Of a stretch of 47,208 nt of DNA, positions 1 through 15,740 are shown piece after piece. The position numbers and the translations under genes were made by a program. The DNA is from Trichosphaerium sp. ATCC 40318 (lineage: Eukaryota; Protista; Tubulinea). Within the stretch, counting starts at the first letter, position 1; every line of letters begins with the position of its first letter. Below the pieces are notes generated by a model. That model had not been told where the DNA came from. It saw only the letters and a program-made list of their open reading frames with translations, and made no database searches. The DNA lies in the NCBI GenBank assembly GCA_038496445.1, contig JALMLS010000366.1, forward strand, positions 1 through 47,208, given 5' to 3'.

Positions 1-1414
1 TTCCTTTTCAACTTTAATTTGTGTTTTTCTAAACAATGTGACTTACATGTCCTTAAGGTCCGCCTCAGTGGAAGGTGGATACAACAGCCTAATCACTTTA
101 ATATGGAAAAACACGCGTGTGAAGACTTTAGTACCATAACTTCCGACCAACAATATTAACTGACCTTTAAAAATGTTAAAGCGGATCAATCAACTACCAA
201 TAGGACCATGAGAAAGAGCGGAAAACGTCTGCATGAAGTCCAGTCCATGACCCTGCGTGAATCAACATAATGCGAAATTATTTGGGGAATACCTTTGGGT
301 CCAATGTACACAAACTTGTAATCATCATCGCCCAGTGTTTTCGTCCTAACAAAAATTTAGTGAAAACAATTGTTCAAAAAGGTAGTTACCAAAATTCATT
401 AATCCAGTCGCTTGAAAAAATGGCCTACTCCTGTATTACAACAAGAGATACTTCAACAATAGGTACCGGTACTGTATAAACTTCAGGTTTCGGGAAAGTG
501 TGCGCCAGGTGCCAATCCTGTGGAGTGTAGAATAGAAAATATCCTTGCAATTCTTACCTTTACATATAAGCACTTTGTGTTCGCCTTCGGGTCTGCTGAT
601 TGTTGTTTCCAATGCTTCATAACTGTAGAGAACTGAAAGAATAAGGTTAGACGAATGAACATATGTTACTAAGACAGGTAGTTGTACAAAAAAATTGGGA
701 AGGCAATTATTGCCAGTAGCCACCCTTGCACACGGATTCATTTAGTAAAAGGCGAAATGGATTCTCGTTATGTACAAGGGCTTGCAGAATAGAAAGTACA
801 TACGGAATTTAAAGTAGAGAGAAAAAAAAAAAGTGGGACGAAGAGTGGCAAAGAGATCTCTCAATGATAATGCAAGTTTTGTTTTGCTTTTCAGTGAAAG
901 AAACAAAGTGACATTTTGACACATGCATCTGTCATCGTACTTTCATTTCAGTTCTTTTTTCAGTGCCACGTTCAATTGTATTGCAATGTGCTACAGTGAC
1001 TTGTGCATCACCGTACACTTTTTGGAGATAATCAAAATTCGGTTTATCTTGTTTGTTTGAGCGCCAAGCCTTGTTTTAACTAAGTATGAAGCGTAAAACA
1101 ATACAAAAATGTAAATACCGTATAGCAAGGCCAGTTGTCAGGAAGATGCGTTATTACTACTGGAATCTAAATTGGTATCAAAAAGAACGTAGGGAACGCT
1201 ATGAAACGCACGTTTGGACTCATATAATGACGCAAGAAATAATCGTACGTAACGAGGCGCCCATCAATCCTTTTTATGTCTAAAGGTTCATTTGTACGAT
1301 CAATAGGCTATTTCGAATAAACAAACTCAAGCGGTATTTGTCAACTGGTACCTTCAAACATGCGACAAACGTATCTGCTGTAATACTACGAACACTATCA
1401 TCTACGTTCCTCAT
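1..1414 (-). CDS. JMJD4: JmjC 2-oxoglutarate/Fe oxygenase, JMJD4-like; multi-exon, 3' end runs off the window
   Basis: Manual splicing from ATG 1414 gives ...YDYFLRHYMSPN|IPVVITHLPDNWP...KPNFDYL...LYVK|DWHLAHTFP...FSSDWINEFW...DDDYKFVYIGPK|GSWTGLHADVFRSFSW|SVNIVGRKLW|LLYPP, which matches JMJD4 signature blocks including the HxD Fe-binding motif. Confidence 0.88.
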
Positions 1415-1527
1415 GAAACTGCTGGCGCTGTTTATAACTTTTATTGACCAAAAAACCTCATACTTGCATTGCAAGCGTATCTTGCAACTCGTACACGCCC
1501 ACACAATACTTGTAGATATCTGAACGC
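1415..1527. promoter_or_regulatory. Probable compact bidirectional promoter (JMJD4 / CAMK)
   Basis: Divergent start codons only 113 bp apart. Confidence 0.55.
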
Positions 1528-3883
<2,356 letters not shown>

Positions 3884-4045
3884 AGTTGTAAACATGATGT
3901 TAGTACAAGTAGCAAATAAAGTATAAAATGTACACCAGTAATAGTTTTGTGCAAGTACACAGCGAATAAAATGAAAACGCAAATGCTGATAGAACTCTAG
4001 CCGCTGAAGAACATAATAATGGTGCACAAAAATGCAAAAAGGCTA

Positions 4046-4117
4046 CTCCCTATCGGGGAATCGAACCCCGAGCCTCCGGATGAAAACCGAAAATGTTAAC
4101 CATTACACCAATAGGGA
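4046..4117 (-). tRNA. tRNA-Glu (anticodon TTC)
   Basis: Full cloverleaf TCCCTAT...TTCGG-TTTTCAT-CCGGA...GGTTCGATTCC...ATAGGGA-G with A and B boxes and a T5 Pol III terminator just downstream. Confidence 0.96.
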
Positions 4118-4573
4118 TTTTGATGTGATTGACTGAATAAATTAGCTCACAACGTTCGCAACAGTTTAGTCTATAGACGGTTTTTTTGCGTTTACAACCA
4201 CAAACACTCTTTCGACCATTTGAAGTATTTTTTTTTCACCTTAAGCGTAAATTTGTGAGGTTTTACTTCGCCACTTGAGTTAAAAGTATTTAGCTACGTT
4301 GCTCGCTTGTTTCGTATGAACATGATAGGCATACTCGCTTGTTACTTTACCAAGCACATAAATAGTTGCTATTAGCGCCAGGCAAAGAGGTTTGGTACCG
4401 AACGTAGCGTCGTTTTGTGCTAGCATTGCGTTTGGTTGGCGGTTAGTTAATTTTGACTTTGGGCGGAAAGTATATGGTCTGACAGGTACTTTTCAAGATA
4501 AATTTGCTTAGCCTGCAAAAGCAACGTCTCTTAACGAGTTGGAAGTACGATTGGTATCGTTCGTGGCTAAAAC

Positions 4574-7500
4574 ATGGCAATTCCAACCGAACAGACAAAG
4601 AGCCAGTTCAAGGTATGCAAGCGCTACTTTATGACCGTTTTTGTCGCACACTCTAAAAACAACCATACTCTCCTTTTCTTGTCGCTCTTAAATGCATGAG
4701 CGTGAATTTCCATTGCGTGCATACCATGTGAGAGATAAAACTATGCGTCAATGTTTTGCCTCTTTTTTTATTTACCTTCGATCAAAACGAACTGTTTGTA
4801 GTTTAAACGCGTGAAATATGCAGAAAGGCACTTTTAGCCCATTTGTCAGTTTTTCGATGAGTGTTTCTCCTCGGCCATCGCGTATCTACTACAAACAATG
4901 CCGTTTCCTTTGCCTTCGTAGTTCTACAAAACGTACTACGATAAATTTTAATACGTCACCTCTAAAACGCCATTTGTACACATAAAACCTTCTTTATCGC
5001 GTTCGCATCGTTTTGCAAATATAGTCCACTGCAAACTGGCATTATTTGTCCCAACACATAGTTCTTAATTGCTTGACGCTCATATTTTACTTAGAGCCTT
5101 TCCGGACGTACTTGGAAGCCAAGTTCGAATTACACAAACTTGCAAGTTGGCGGTGTGGGCCAAAACTTGGTTAAATCAAATGAAGTGTACTACGCCGTAC
5201 CGTGGTCTGCAGGGTACACTTTTTTAGCCTTATTCTGAGCCACTTCATTGATAAAAACCTGTGAACTATTTTTTTGCCTTTTTTTGTTAACTTTTTCTAA
5301 AACTAGTGGTGGCGCACTTGCAGTATTTCCTCTCTGTGATACTGGTAAAGTAGCAGAAAAACCAAATCTTATACAAGCACATACATCGTCTTTGACATCA
5401 TTTGAGTTCTCTCCATTTCATGAGAACATGGTTGCTACAGGGTAAGACTCATTAGTTGAGATTTTCTTTTTTTTTTTTTCATTTCTAATGCGATTGCGTA
5501 GATCACGCGAACCTGTAGTTAAGGTATGGCAGTTTCCTAAAGGCGGACCTACCGATAATGATCTTAAACCGTCACAAACACTTAGTGGTCATACAAAACG
5601 TATTTCTTTTGTAGAATTCCATCCTACTGCCGATAATGTAATATTGTCGTGTTCAGGTGATAACACCACTAAAGTTTGGTACGTTGTAGAGTGGTTGTAC
5701 CATTTATATTGACAGCGTTTAATAGGGACATTGAGAGTGGCAGTGAGATAACTTCTTTGGAAGGTCACACAGCCAATATTCTATCAGCTAAATGGAGTAA
5801 AAATTCTCTTATTGTATCTTCTTGTAAAGATAAGCAAGTCAGACTTTTTGATCCACGTGCTGCGAAAAAAGCAACCAAAGTACCAGAAATTGAATTATTG
5901 AAAATATCTCCCAATCGCTAAGCGTTCTTTCTAGGCTGTTCTTGCACATGAATCCGCAAAAGGATTTAATGTTTGTTGGCTTGGAGCTGCTCCTATGGAC
6001 TTTAAACGAAAACACCCTGTACAAAAAGAATTCTGTACAGTTGGTTGGAACAAGAAGAGTCAACGTGAATTGGGTACGAAATAGCACAAAACAGTTTTTT
6101 TTTCTCACGGTTCTGTAGTTGTTTGGGATGTTGGTACTCTTAAAGAACTATCAAGAACCATTATCGATACATCTTCGAGTTTCCTTATGCCTTTCTACGA
6201 TCCTGGCACAGGTCTTTTGTACCTTGCTGAGAAGGTTTGTTTATTTCCATCGTATCTTTTGTTTAACTTTGGAATAGGGTAATAAGATTTATTGGTATGA
6301 AATACGTCCGAGTGAGCCTAGAGTACTGACTGGTGGACGATTTGTGTCTCAAGGACAGAATTCAGTAACAATGATGAGAAAAGTGAGTTTATTTTTGGTC
6401 ACCATTTTGTTCTGGTGATTTAGTTATTAACCTCTTTTGATAGTCTATTTGTGATGTAAACTCATGTGAAGTCGCTCGTTTCTTGCTATTATACAAAAGC
6501 CAAAAAGATTACTTGCAAACAGTATCATTTCACGTTCCAAGGAAAGAGGTACACTCGTTGTTATACAACTAAAAATTTCGTTTGTCTAAATACGTAATTG
6601 TAGCAAACTCATTTCCACGCTGATTTATTCCCACCTGTTCCTATGGGTATTCCAGCAATGTCTGCTGCAGATTATAAAAAGGGAAAGAATGCTGATCTTA
6701 AGCTTCGCTCTCTACAACCTCATGGAAAACTTGTATCTGAGATTTCTCAACGAAAACTTATTGCAAAGCAAAGTGGGTTAACTGGTCATATGGCCGTAAA
6801 AGCCAAGTGCGTATTTCTTTGTTTTTCAATGTGGTGCGGAGTCTAGATTGACATTTTTATTGTTTAGGACTGAAGGATGGCTTGAAATATTACAACCTGG
6901 TATTTTCTTTAAGAGCTGGGCAAAACAATGGATTGTCATTAAGTCCAAGGGTATCTACTGTTTCGCAGATAAGGATGCTGCAACTGCTTCTCGTACTATT
7001 TTCTATGATAGTATGAACAGCATTGAGGCTCATCCTCAAGGACCTGAGGTAGATATTTTTTCTCTTGTTTTCTTTTATTTAATGTTAACATTTATGGCTA
7101 GCATATTATTGTAAATTCTTCTCCTGAAGCATTGCGTATTCGTGCTGCTACAAAAGAAGATCGTGATGCCTGGCTTATGTCACTTAATAGTGCTAAATCT
7201 AGAGCTCTGGAAGATATGATATCAACTTATGAACCACGCTCAACATCTGGTTCAAAGGCACAACCAACAAAGCAAGAAGCTAAACGTACAGCAGTAGTAC
7301 GTTTATAATAATGACAGCAAGGTTTCATATCTAACCTTTATTTTAGCTTGGTGCTTGGGGAGCCAGTAGCAAGCCAGTTGCAGAAGCTCCAAAGGAAGCA
7401 GGAAGTGATATGGAAGGTTATTTGGGGTAAGTTCTATTTATGTTTGTTCTAAAAGTTCGTTTAATTGATTTATTCTTTTTATAGCATGTTTGTTCCTGGT

Positions 7501-10500
7501 ATGATCTGGAATAGATGGGATAAAACATTCTGGAGAGTTGAAGATAATATATTATCGAGTTATGCATCTGAAAGTAATAGGGTATGTTTGTTTTCATTTA
7601 CTATTTTTTTTTCTTTCGTGTTTTTGCTTACGAAGGTATTAGGATGTAAAAGAATCTATTCATTTAGATAAAGTTGTTTCTGTTCACCGTGCTGATAATA
7701 TTGAAGATAAAGCTTTTGTGTTTAAAGTTACAACATCAACGAGAACTTGGATGTTGTTGGGTAACAGCAATGAGAATGTAAATGAATGGGTATCATTCCT
7801 TGACAAGAAAAGAAAAGAGCTTCGCCCAGAGGGAGTAGATGATGACGACGATAATCAACCCGATCTAATGGAAGGTTGGATACAAGTGCGACAAGGTATG
7901 ATACGGGTGAAGTTGTAGCTTGAACTAATTGTTGAGTTTAGGTACTTTTGCGCTATGGAAAAAGCGTTGGTGTGTTGCTGTTGGCTCTGAGATTCTTGTC
8001 TATAAATCCGAACAATCTCAAGAACCTCTACAACGATTCAAACTAGCTCCTGCCTCAGAAGTCACCACCTCACACAGAAACCCAGAAGTTGGTCTTCAAG
8101 TGAGCTACCCTGGCCAAGCAAGTGCGCATCTTCTTTGTACGTCTCCAGAAGAAAGAGATGAATGGCTTGCGGCCATCTATGAGTTCTGGGTAGTGAGTAA
8201 ATCAACACTTGACATTCTTGACTCTTTCGGCATTAATGTTGAACATGTACGCTTCTATTGAAAGTTAATTCTATTCTTAATCTATTTACTAGGATACTAA
8301 ACAATCAGTTGCAACCTTGGAGAAATCACTTGATAACTTTGTTGTATTGTGGAAGCCATATGATATGCGTATGGGTAAAGCACCAGTTGGAGCTAGAAAT
8401 GTGCTTATTCATGTCAGAGGTGAGTGTTCTACTACTTTCCTAGCACGTGATTCACAAAGGTTTTTTAGGTAGACAACGTGTTCATTGCCGTGTTTGTTCT
8501 CCTTCATGGAAGTCTCTTCATAAAGCTGGTGTATTCATTTATGACATGGGTAAACAGATTTATATTTGGGCTGGAGAAGACGCTAACAGGTAACTATTAC
8601 TTATTATTTTGACACCTGGCTTTGTTAACGTCTGTTTCTAGGATTCAGTGGGCTCAAGCAACTGATATCGCTGGTCGTATACGTAAAAAGGAACGTGGTA
8701 ATATGGCCTCAATCTTCGCCATGGGTATGTATTATGCGAGTATTTGGGAGGTTGTATTGACACTTTAAATAGCGCAAGATGGTAAAAAGGATTTTGCTGA
8801 GTTCTGGAATGAGCTTGGAGGCAAACATACTATTACCAGAGTTGTAAATCCTGAAGATGAGGATAAAGAACCTATTGTTATAAAACTATACAGGTTTGTT
8901 AAACTACAAATAGTGCTAAGTATTGATGTTCTTTAAGAATTCTAGAAAACCAAGTCAATCTTGTACATGCTGGTCGTCCACCTTCACGTACTAAACTAGA
9001 GTCACGTGCTGTATTTATTGTCGAGTTCGGTCCTGAAATATTCATTTGGGTTGGTAAAGGATCCTCCAATAAGCAAAGAAAACTAGGAGTTGTCTTGGCT
9101 CGTGTATGTACCTTTTGTTTAAACTAGCTTTGTTTTAGTTTTTCTAACAAAGTTGTACAGAAGGTTCAACAAAAGAAAAAGACATGGTCACTTGTGACAC
9201 GTGTTGGTGAAAATGCAGAGACTGTTCTTTTTAAACATAAGTTTAAAGATTTCCCTGGAATGCTTCCAATATCAACAGGACCAAGGCAAGCTGCTAAGGG
9301 TAATGTTGCTATTCGTGTACAAGAACTTCCAGTGGAAGATTTGGCAAAGGTCATGCTACTCAAAGAGCAAGGCCCAGTCAAACAAGTATGTCATAGGGCG
9401 GCTTAAATCTTTACATTAAAGTACTCACTATTTCTTCTAGAAGCCTATCAAATCTGGGCTTGCTGCACCAAACCCTGAGGATGTAGATCAAGGAAATGGC
9501 CGTATGCTTGTACGCCTACCGAGTCTCTTCTTTTATTCATTCCGTTTTAGATTTGGGCTATTGATGGATATGAACGTATACCATTACCAGTAGCCTTGCA
9601 TGGACAATTCTTTACTAGTGATTCTTATTTGATTAAGTATACTTATAAATACAACAATTCTGAGCAATATCTTATCTACTTTTGGCAAGGACGTGATTGC
9701 TCAATTGTACGATGCAAATTAGTCATAAAACAATCCAACTAATACCATGGTATAGAATGAGAAAGGTACATCAGCTTATATGACAAAAGAACTTGATGAT
9801 CTTCTGGGCGGAGCTGCAACTCAGGTAACTATTAGCCCATTTACTTGACTATCGCCTAACCAAGAACTGTTTAGATTCGTGTACCACAGCATATGGAACC
9901 TCCACATTTCAAAAAGATATTCCGCGGAACTGGGATAGTTATGCATGAAGTAAGCTTATTTGAACAACGTTTATGCTTTTTGGGTTCTAAATAGCTATTT
10001 TTAAGGGTGTTGTACAAAGTGCTTGGATGGAGAAACCAAAAATGTTATTTGAAGTACGCGCAGGACCTAAAGGCGCAAAAGCAGTTGAGATTAAACCTGT
10101 ACGATAGTAATTGTCTTTGGTATTTGTTATTCTGACTTTATATTAAGATTGCTTCAAACCTTCATTCTGGACATGCTTTTGTTGCTGTAAACTCAACGAC
10201 TGCATATATTTGGGTTGGAAAACGTGCTTCTCCTGTACGTAAAGTAAAGACAAGTTATTTTTATTGACAAATGATAATTAGGAAGAAATGGAGTTTGCTA
10301 AGAAATTTGCTAATAATATGGACGCTCCAAAACGTGCTAGATTAGAATTACAAGCTCTTGAAGCCAAAAACAAACAAGAACTTGAATCAGATGAAGAAGA
10401 GAGTGAAGAGGAAGATTATATTGATGAAGAAGATCGTAAGCGTAGAGAGCGTATGAAGTACGTATAATCACAAAGACTGTCTGTTTGTGCTTTCTTTCAC

Positions 10501-11617
10501 AAGCTAATATTTGTTGCTAAGACAGCGCCGTAAGAACAAGAAGCAAACTGATGATAGAGCGTACGTATAATGATTGTTTCGAAGTTATGAACCTTAACTC
10601 TGTTTTTTAGTATTGCAGCTAAAGCAGCAACTCAAAGTAGTGCTAGCAAGATATACGCCAACCTAGATGTTCATAAAATCGAACAAATTCCTGAGGGTAG
10701 AGAACCTGCTGAGTTTTGGTCATTGCTTGGTGGTACGTAATTGTGCAAGAAGATATTGCTTCGTTTTTGGTTTTTAATGTTCTATTGTAGGTAAGCAACC
10801 GTACTTTACTGATGCACCACAAAAACATGTAACTTGTCGCATGTTTATGTGCCACAACGCAACCGGAGTAGCAAAGGTATTAAATGAACTCACAATGTTT
10901 ACTATAACAGTTTATTAATCATTTGCTGTAGGTTTACCCAATTTCACCTGTTGAATACTGTCAAGACTCCCTTGATCTTACCAGTGTCATGATTATTGAT
11001 GCTACAACTGATATGTGGATATGGTTTGGAGAACAAAGTAAACACGTTGCACAGAAGCAATCTATGCTCGCAGTACAGGTACTTGTGTAAAAAAATACTA
11101 ACAACATGCAGTGTTTAACTTCCTTTTATAGGCTTACCTTAATTTGGCTCCTGGGAAGAATGAAAGGACTCCAGTTTGGCTAACACATCAATATCAAGAG
11201 CCAAAAGAGTTTACACAATTATTCCATGGATGGAGCACTACTAGATACCGCAAGAGGGTACGGCATTTGTTGTTTCTTTGAAATGCTGTTTGAGACTAAC
11301 GCTCTTTATAGGCACCTGTAGGCAAACCAGAGTACAAACATCCAATGAAAGAAGTCCTCAAGGATTATATGCGTACACAGTACACTTATGCTGAGCTTCT
11401 CAAGCGACCACGTGGTGTAGACCCAACTCGATTAGAGGTATTAAAAACCAACTTTTAAGCTCTTTTTTTTTGTGACGTCTGTTTACTTATATGCTTGTTT
11501 TAGGAATACCTATCGCCTGAAGAGTTCCAAAAAGTATTTAAAATGTCTTTGGAAGAGTATCAAATTATACCTACATGGAAGAGAACTGGCATTAAAAAAG
11601 AAGCAAACCTATTCTAA
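4574..11617 (+). CDS. vilA: Villidin-like protein: coronin WD40 propeller, 3 PH domains, gelsolin repeats and villin headpiece; >30 short introns
   Basis: Coronin motifs (FSPFHENMVATG, GHTKRISFVEFHPTADN, SSCKDKQVRLFDPR, PFYDPGT). PH exons (EGWLEI...WAKQW; WDKTFW; WKKRW...ERDEWL). Gelsolin motifs (GQFFTSDSY, YFWQGRDCS, QEPKEFTQLFHGW). Headpiece EYLSPEEFQKVF...PTWKRTGIKKEANLF-TAA. The 5'-most exon structure (4613-5094) is uncertain. Confidence 0.9.
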
Positions 11618-12406
11618 ACAGGATTTCAAAGAAATTTCTTCTATGAAATTAATCCCTAACCTCTCTACGCCCCTTTGTAATGTGCACTTATGACGTCAGT
11701 TGTTATTATTAAATGTACATACCCTTGTTACATGTATTGTCTGATTTTTTTGCGTTGTAACTTGTTGGTGTGGAGTCGATGGCACCATGTTGTTTTAATG
11801 TTTAAGAACAAGGGTTGCGTGTTGGTTTTAATTTTCTTGAAATTACATGAACAGTCACTGATTATTAGCCACACGCTGCGCCTTCTTTTCTCTGGTTTTA
11901 GAGCCTCTTTTAGGTGTTCGTGTAGGTTAGTACAATAAAGTATGTGTAGTTCCTTTTTTGTTTGCCATCGTAGATGTTTAGGGCAGTCCTTAGCGCTTCC
12001 TTTAGTGCCCTTCATGCTAAAAGTGATAGTAAACTCACGCATAAAGAGCGCTGTTTCTGAATATAATGAAATCTCGACTACTTAGATATTTGTTTTTGGG
12101 GACATTGTTGGACAGACAACACAAGTATTGTTCTAAAACACAGTTTTTTTCCCAAATTCTTTCTCCAGTTTTTATGTTTAGACAGTAGTTCCAACACTAC
12201 TTTTCACGTGAAACTCAACTCACGACTCTACTGCACGCTCTAACGAAGGTTCATTATTGACGTGGTATTGGTGTACCGAGAATTTTCTTTTTTTTCACAT
12301 TTTTTCTTTAGCGTTCACTTAACGATTTCACACTGAAACAGACTGTTGTGATACATTCCGGCCAAACCAAGCAACACAAGGGTTTTTTTAAACGCAATTA
12401 AATAAG

Positions 12407-13739
12407 AAGAACCCTTATTTAAAACAGCCAAGACAAGATGGTACACTGTTTTAAAACAAAGACTGTGAAGAACGAAGTTCTGGTTTTTTTTTTTTTTTTG
12501 GTTTCGGTTTTTTGTTAATTCGTTTTACACAAAACATTTCATGATTCATTTATTTCAGTCTTGGCGTTCTTGTACCTAATTTTTTAATAGAATTGTAATA
12601 ATTTCATTGTAGTAACAGATCCAGAGACAGGACGTGAAGTAGAGGTAGAAGAGAGTGTGTATAATGTTGTGGTATCTTTAGGTATTCTTTTTTGTGTTTT
12701 GGAAGAATGAAATTACAAATCTTCAAAACACCAAACGATGACGAACTTTTTTGTCTAACTTCGATCGTTTTTTCAGAGAAAATAAAGTCTGTTGGGAACC
12801 GTAAAGTTAGTTCCTCCAGAGGTGATCTATCAAGACTACGTCGTCAGATAAAGGTATTGAAAGATAAATCAAGAACAGACGAAATAGAGAAGAAAAAATT
12901 GACACGCGCTTTGCAAGAGTCAGAAGTAACCGTAGGAGAGCAGAAAGTGAGTTCATCTGGCACATTTTTTTTTCGTGGATATTTTTCTATTTTTTGGGAG
13001 ATGGATTTTGACACGTGTCGTATTTTTGATGAGATAAAAACAAATTACTATTTAAACACGCATGTGTTTATACTTTGCAACTTGAAATTCGCTCGTTGTG
13101 GAAAATTCAAAGTAGCAGTTTACGTTGAAACTTTTTTTTTTTTAATTTTCAGAGCGCTTGGTTTAACTATTTTACCGATAGAAGACTATACGCCAGTTAC
13201 GTAATCAGTTGGTTCTATTAAAGTCAGGCTTTGATAACATACCATCTCGGCTCTATGTACCTGATGCTAGATCTATACATGAGTCAAAAGTCGTGAATAG
13301 TTTTATTTCTCAACCAACGAAGAAAAGAAAATCAACAGAACGAAAATCTCTTCCTATTCTCGCAACGCTAGCCATACCAGAACAACAAGAAAAGCCACCA
13401 AGAAAGCGCGTGCGTGTGCGCCATGTCAAGAGCTTAAACTCTCCGCTGTATGTTCCTGGTGGTCCGGAAACAACGTCAAAAATGTTTAAGCATCCAACAT
13501 ATAGTGTTGAAAGAATATACGAAAGAACCACTATCACACCACTGTCGTCAACAAACTTTCCTAAGTTAAACGCAACAGAATCATTAGATAAAGAGAGGAA
13601 ACGAATGAACGCATTAAAAAGAGAAGAAGATGATATATTCAGAGGTCAAAATCAACGACAACAGAAAATGTCAACATCTATTAATATAGCAAGACTTAAC
13701 AGTAGAAGCGATAGTGATATGCTTAAAAATTCTTTGTAA
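12407..13739 (+). CDS. Hypothetical basic/coiled-coil protein, multi-exon; start unresolved
   Basis: Exons near 12407-12440, 12613-12681, 12777-12946 and 13182-13739 join in frame at GT-AG sites (...TVGEQK|KTIRQLRNQLVLLKSGF...). No domain recognised. Confidence 0.55.
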
Positions 13740-14012
13740 AAATAAACCACCAAATGTAGCTTATTTATATCTCCGCCTACTGGAACTAAACTATGGCATA
13801 TTGGCCAGCAGTGTATTCGTAACAAGGTTACTTTGAAGAGCACAACCAGTTGAAACTGTTTTCAACCTCAATGGTCCACAGTGATTTGTCATAGTGGTTT
13901 AATTGCTTCATATTGTAGTACTATACAAAGGGGTGACATTAGAGTCCAGTAGTTTTTTTGTCAAGACACGTGATTTATTAAAAAACCAATACAAGAAAAG
14001 CAAATTATCTGA

Positions 14013-15366
14013 CTACCATAAAGTAAATCCTCCGTCAATGACCTAGGGTAGTGCAATGTTACAAAGAGAGTTTTTAGTTTATTAATACCATATTATGTCC
14101 TGTCATAAAATCTAAAGACACCAATCAAAACAAAAAAAATACAAGTGGGAACATTCAAACTTACCACTGACTTCGCTTGCCAAAAAGACTACGGCTCCTT
14201 GTAAGTCCTCTACTTCTCCAAGAGTGCCAGCTGGTGTATCGCTTATCCATTTACCTTTAACTTCTTCAGCTTCAGGACCTTGTATGAGCGGCGTGTTGAT
14301 GTATCCTGGGCTTTTAACAACTCGTTAATTGCATGGATAAGGAAATGTATTGTAAACCTGATACAGTTTACACGGACACCTCTTGATGCCCACTCTGCAG
14401 CCATACTCTTTGTTAGCTGAATCACGCCTGCCTTGCTGGCATTGTATGAACACTATGTAAACAATGACATCTCACTTGCGTTAGTAATTAGGTACCTGTG
14501 GTTGAGGATGAACTATGATACTACCAGACATCGATGCAGCTGGCAAAATGTAAGCTGTTTATTTTTAGTCAAACAACCAAACTCGTACTATTAATGATTT
14601 TACCATACCCAGCCTCTAACATTATCTTTGCTTCTGCTTGAGCACAAAGAAACACACCTACATGAATATTGTCTATTGGGATTCTAGTAGACTAGGTTGA
14701 GATGTATGTGCCTTTTAGATTGACATCCATCACGCTATTATATTTTAGTAATTGTAACATTTATTATAGTACAAGTTTCGTGCCTGCTCCATTGATTTAT
14801 AGTCAATGACTCTGCGGAAGCATTTGTACAAATACCAGCATTGTTAACCTTAATTTCCATTCTGTTATTGGCGGTTATGTACAATGCTACTTACTCCAAT
14901 ATGGAGTGCTCCTTTCCAATCCAAGACTTGTTTTATCATTGACTCAACATCCTCTAATACAGAAATTTATCAGTATCACCTAATAAGTGACCTCACCTTT
15001 CTTAGTTACATCCGTTCTAATGGCTATTCGTTTAGTTAAAAATCGAAATAACAAGTCATTAAAATCACGTGCCAATTGATTGTATGTTCTTCTTTTTAAG
15101 CTCTTCCACTACACTTTCGGCACGTTCTATAGCGATATCTACCACTGCAACATATGCTCCTGCCTCTCCAAGTGCGTGGCAGAAAGCCCTACCAATACCT
15201 TGACCTTTTTGTTCAAATTAAAGAGAGAAACACTACATTGGCATACCTCCGCCTTTAATCGATATTAGATGTCATAATTGCTTGTTTTAAGAAAGTATGT
15301 ACCAGTAACCAGAGCCACTCTATCTTTAAGAGAGAAACGTTGTAGTATAGGAGTATTAGTTGACAT
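14013..15366 (-). CDS. Classical short-chain dehydrogenase/reductase (sorbose reductase / polyol dehydrogenase-like); 12 introns
   Basis: The spliced protein has VALVTGGGQGIG, VNNAG, ASMSG, catalytic YNASK, VRVNCISPGY and IDGGFTLW-stop. Confidence 0.95.
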
Positions 15367-15740
15367 TCTTATAGTTCGAGAAGTTGTGTATTTTGGTAAT
15401 TTTTATTTCTCGTCAACTACGTTCTTCTGGCCACTAGGGCTACAAGAGTAATTACTCTGGACGTAGAGACGCAGCCATGGTATAATATCGACTGATTTAG
15501 TTAAACTGACCAAAGATACCTATGCAATCGCCACCCCGAAGCTTAACAATAGTTATTTTGGTAAAAATGCCATGGTCCGTTTTCTACAAGGGAAACTTGG
15601 TTGGCCTTGAGAGCTATATTCCAGTGGGGACTACGACCTGTCAAAATAGCGTGGTGCATTGGTACAAGAAGAACAGGTGATGTAAGAGCAGTGTTGCCTT
15701 ATTGGAGGTACGTTTTCGAACTTGAAACCAAATATACAAT

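Noticed and set aside
11728-12042. 104-aa minus-strand ORF
   Set aside because: No recognisable motif or convincing splice partners. It may be real but cannot be supported.
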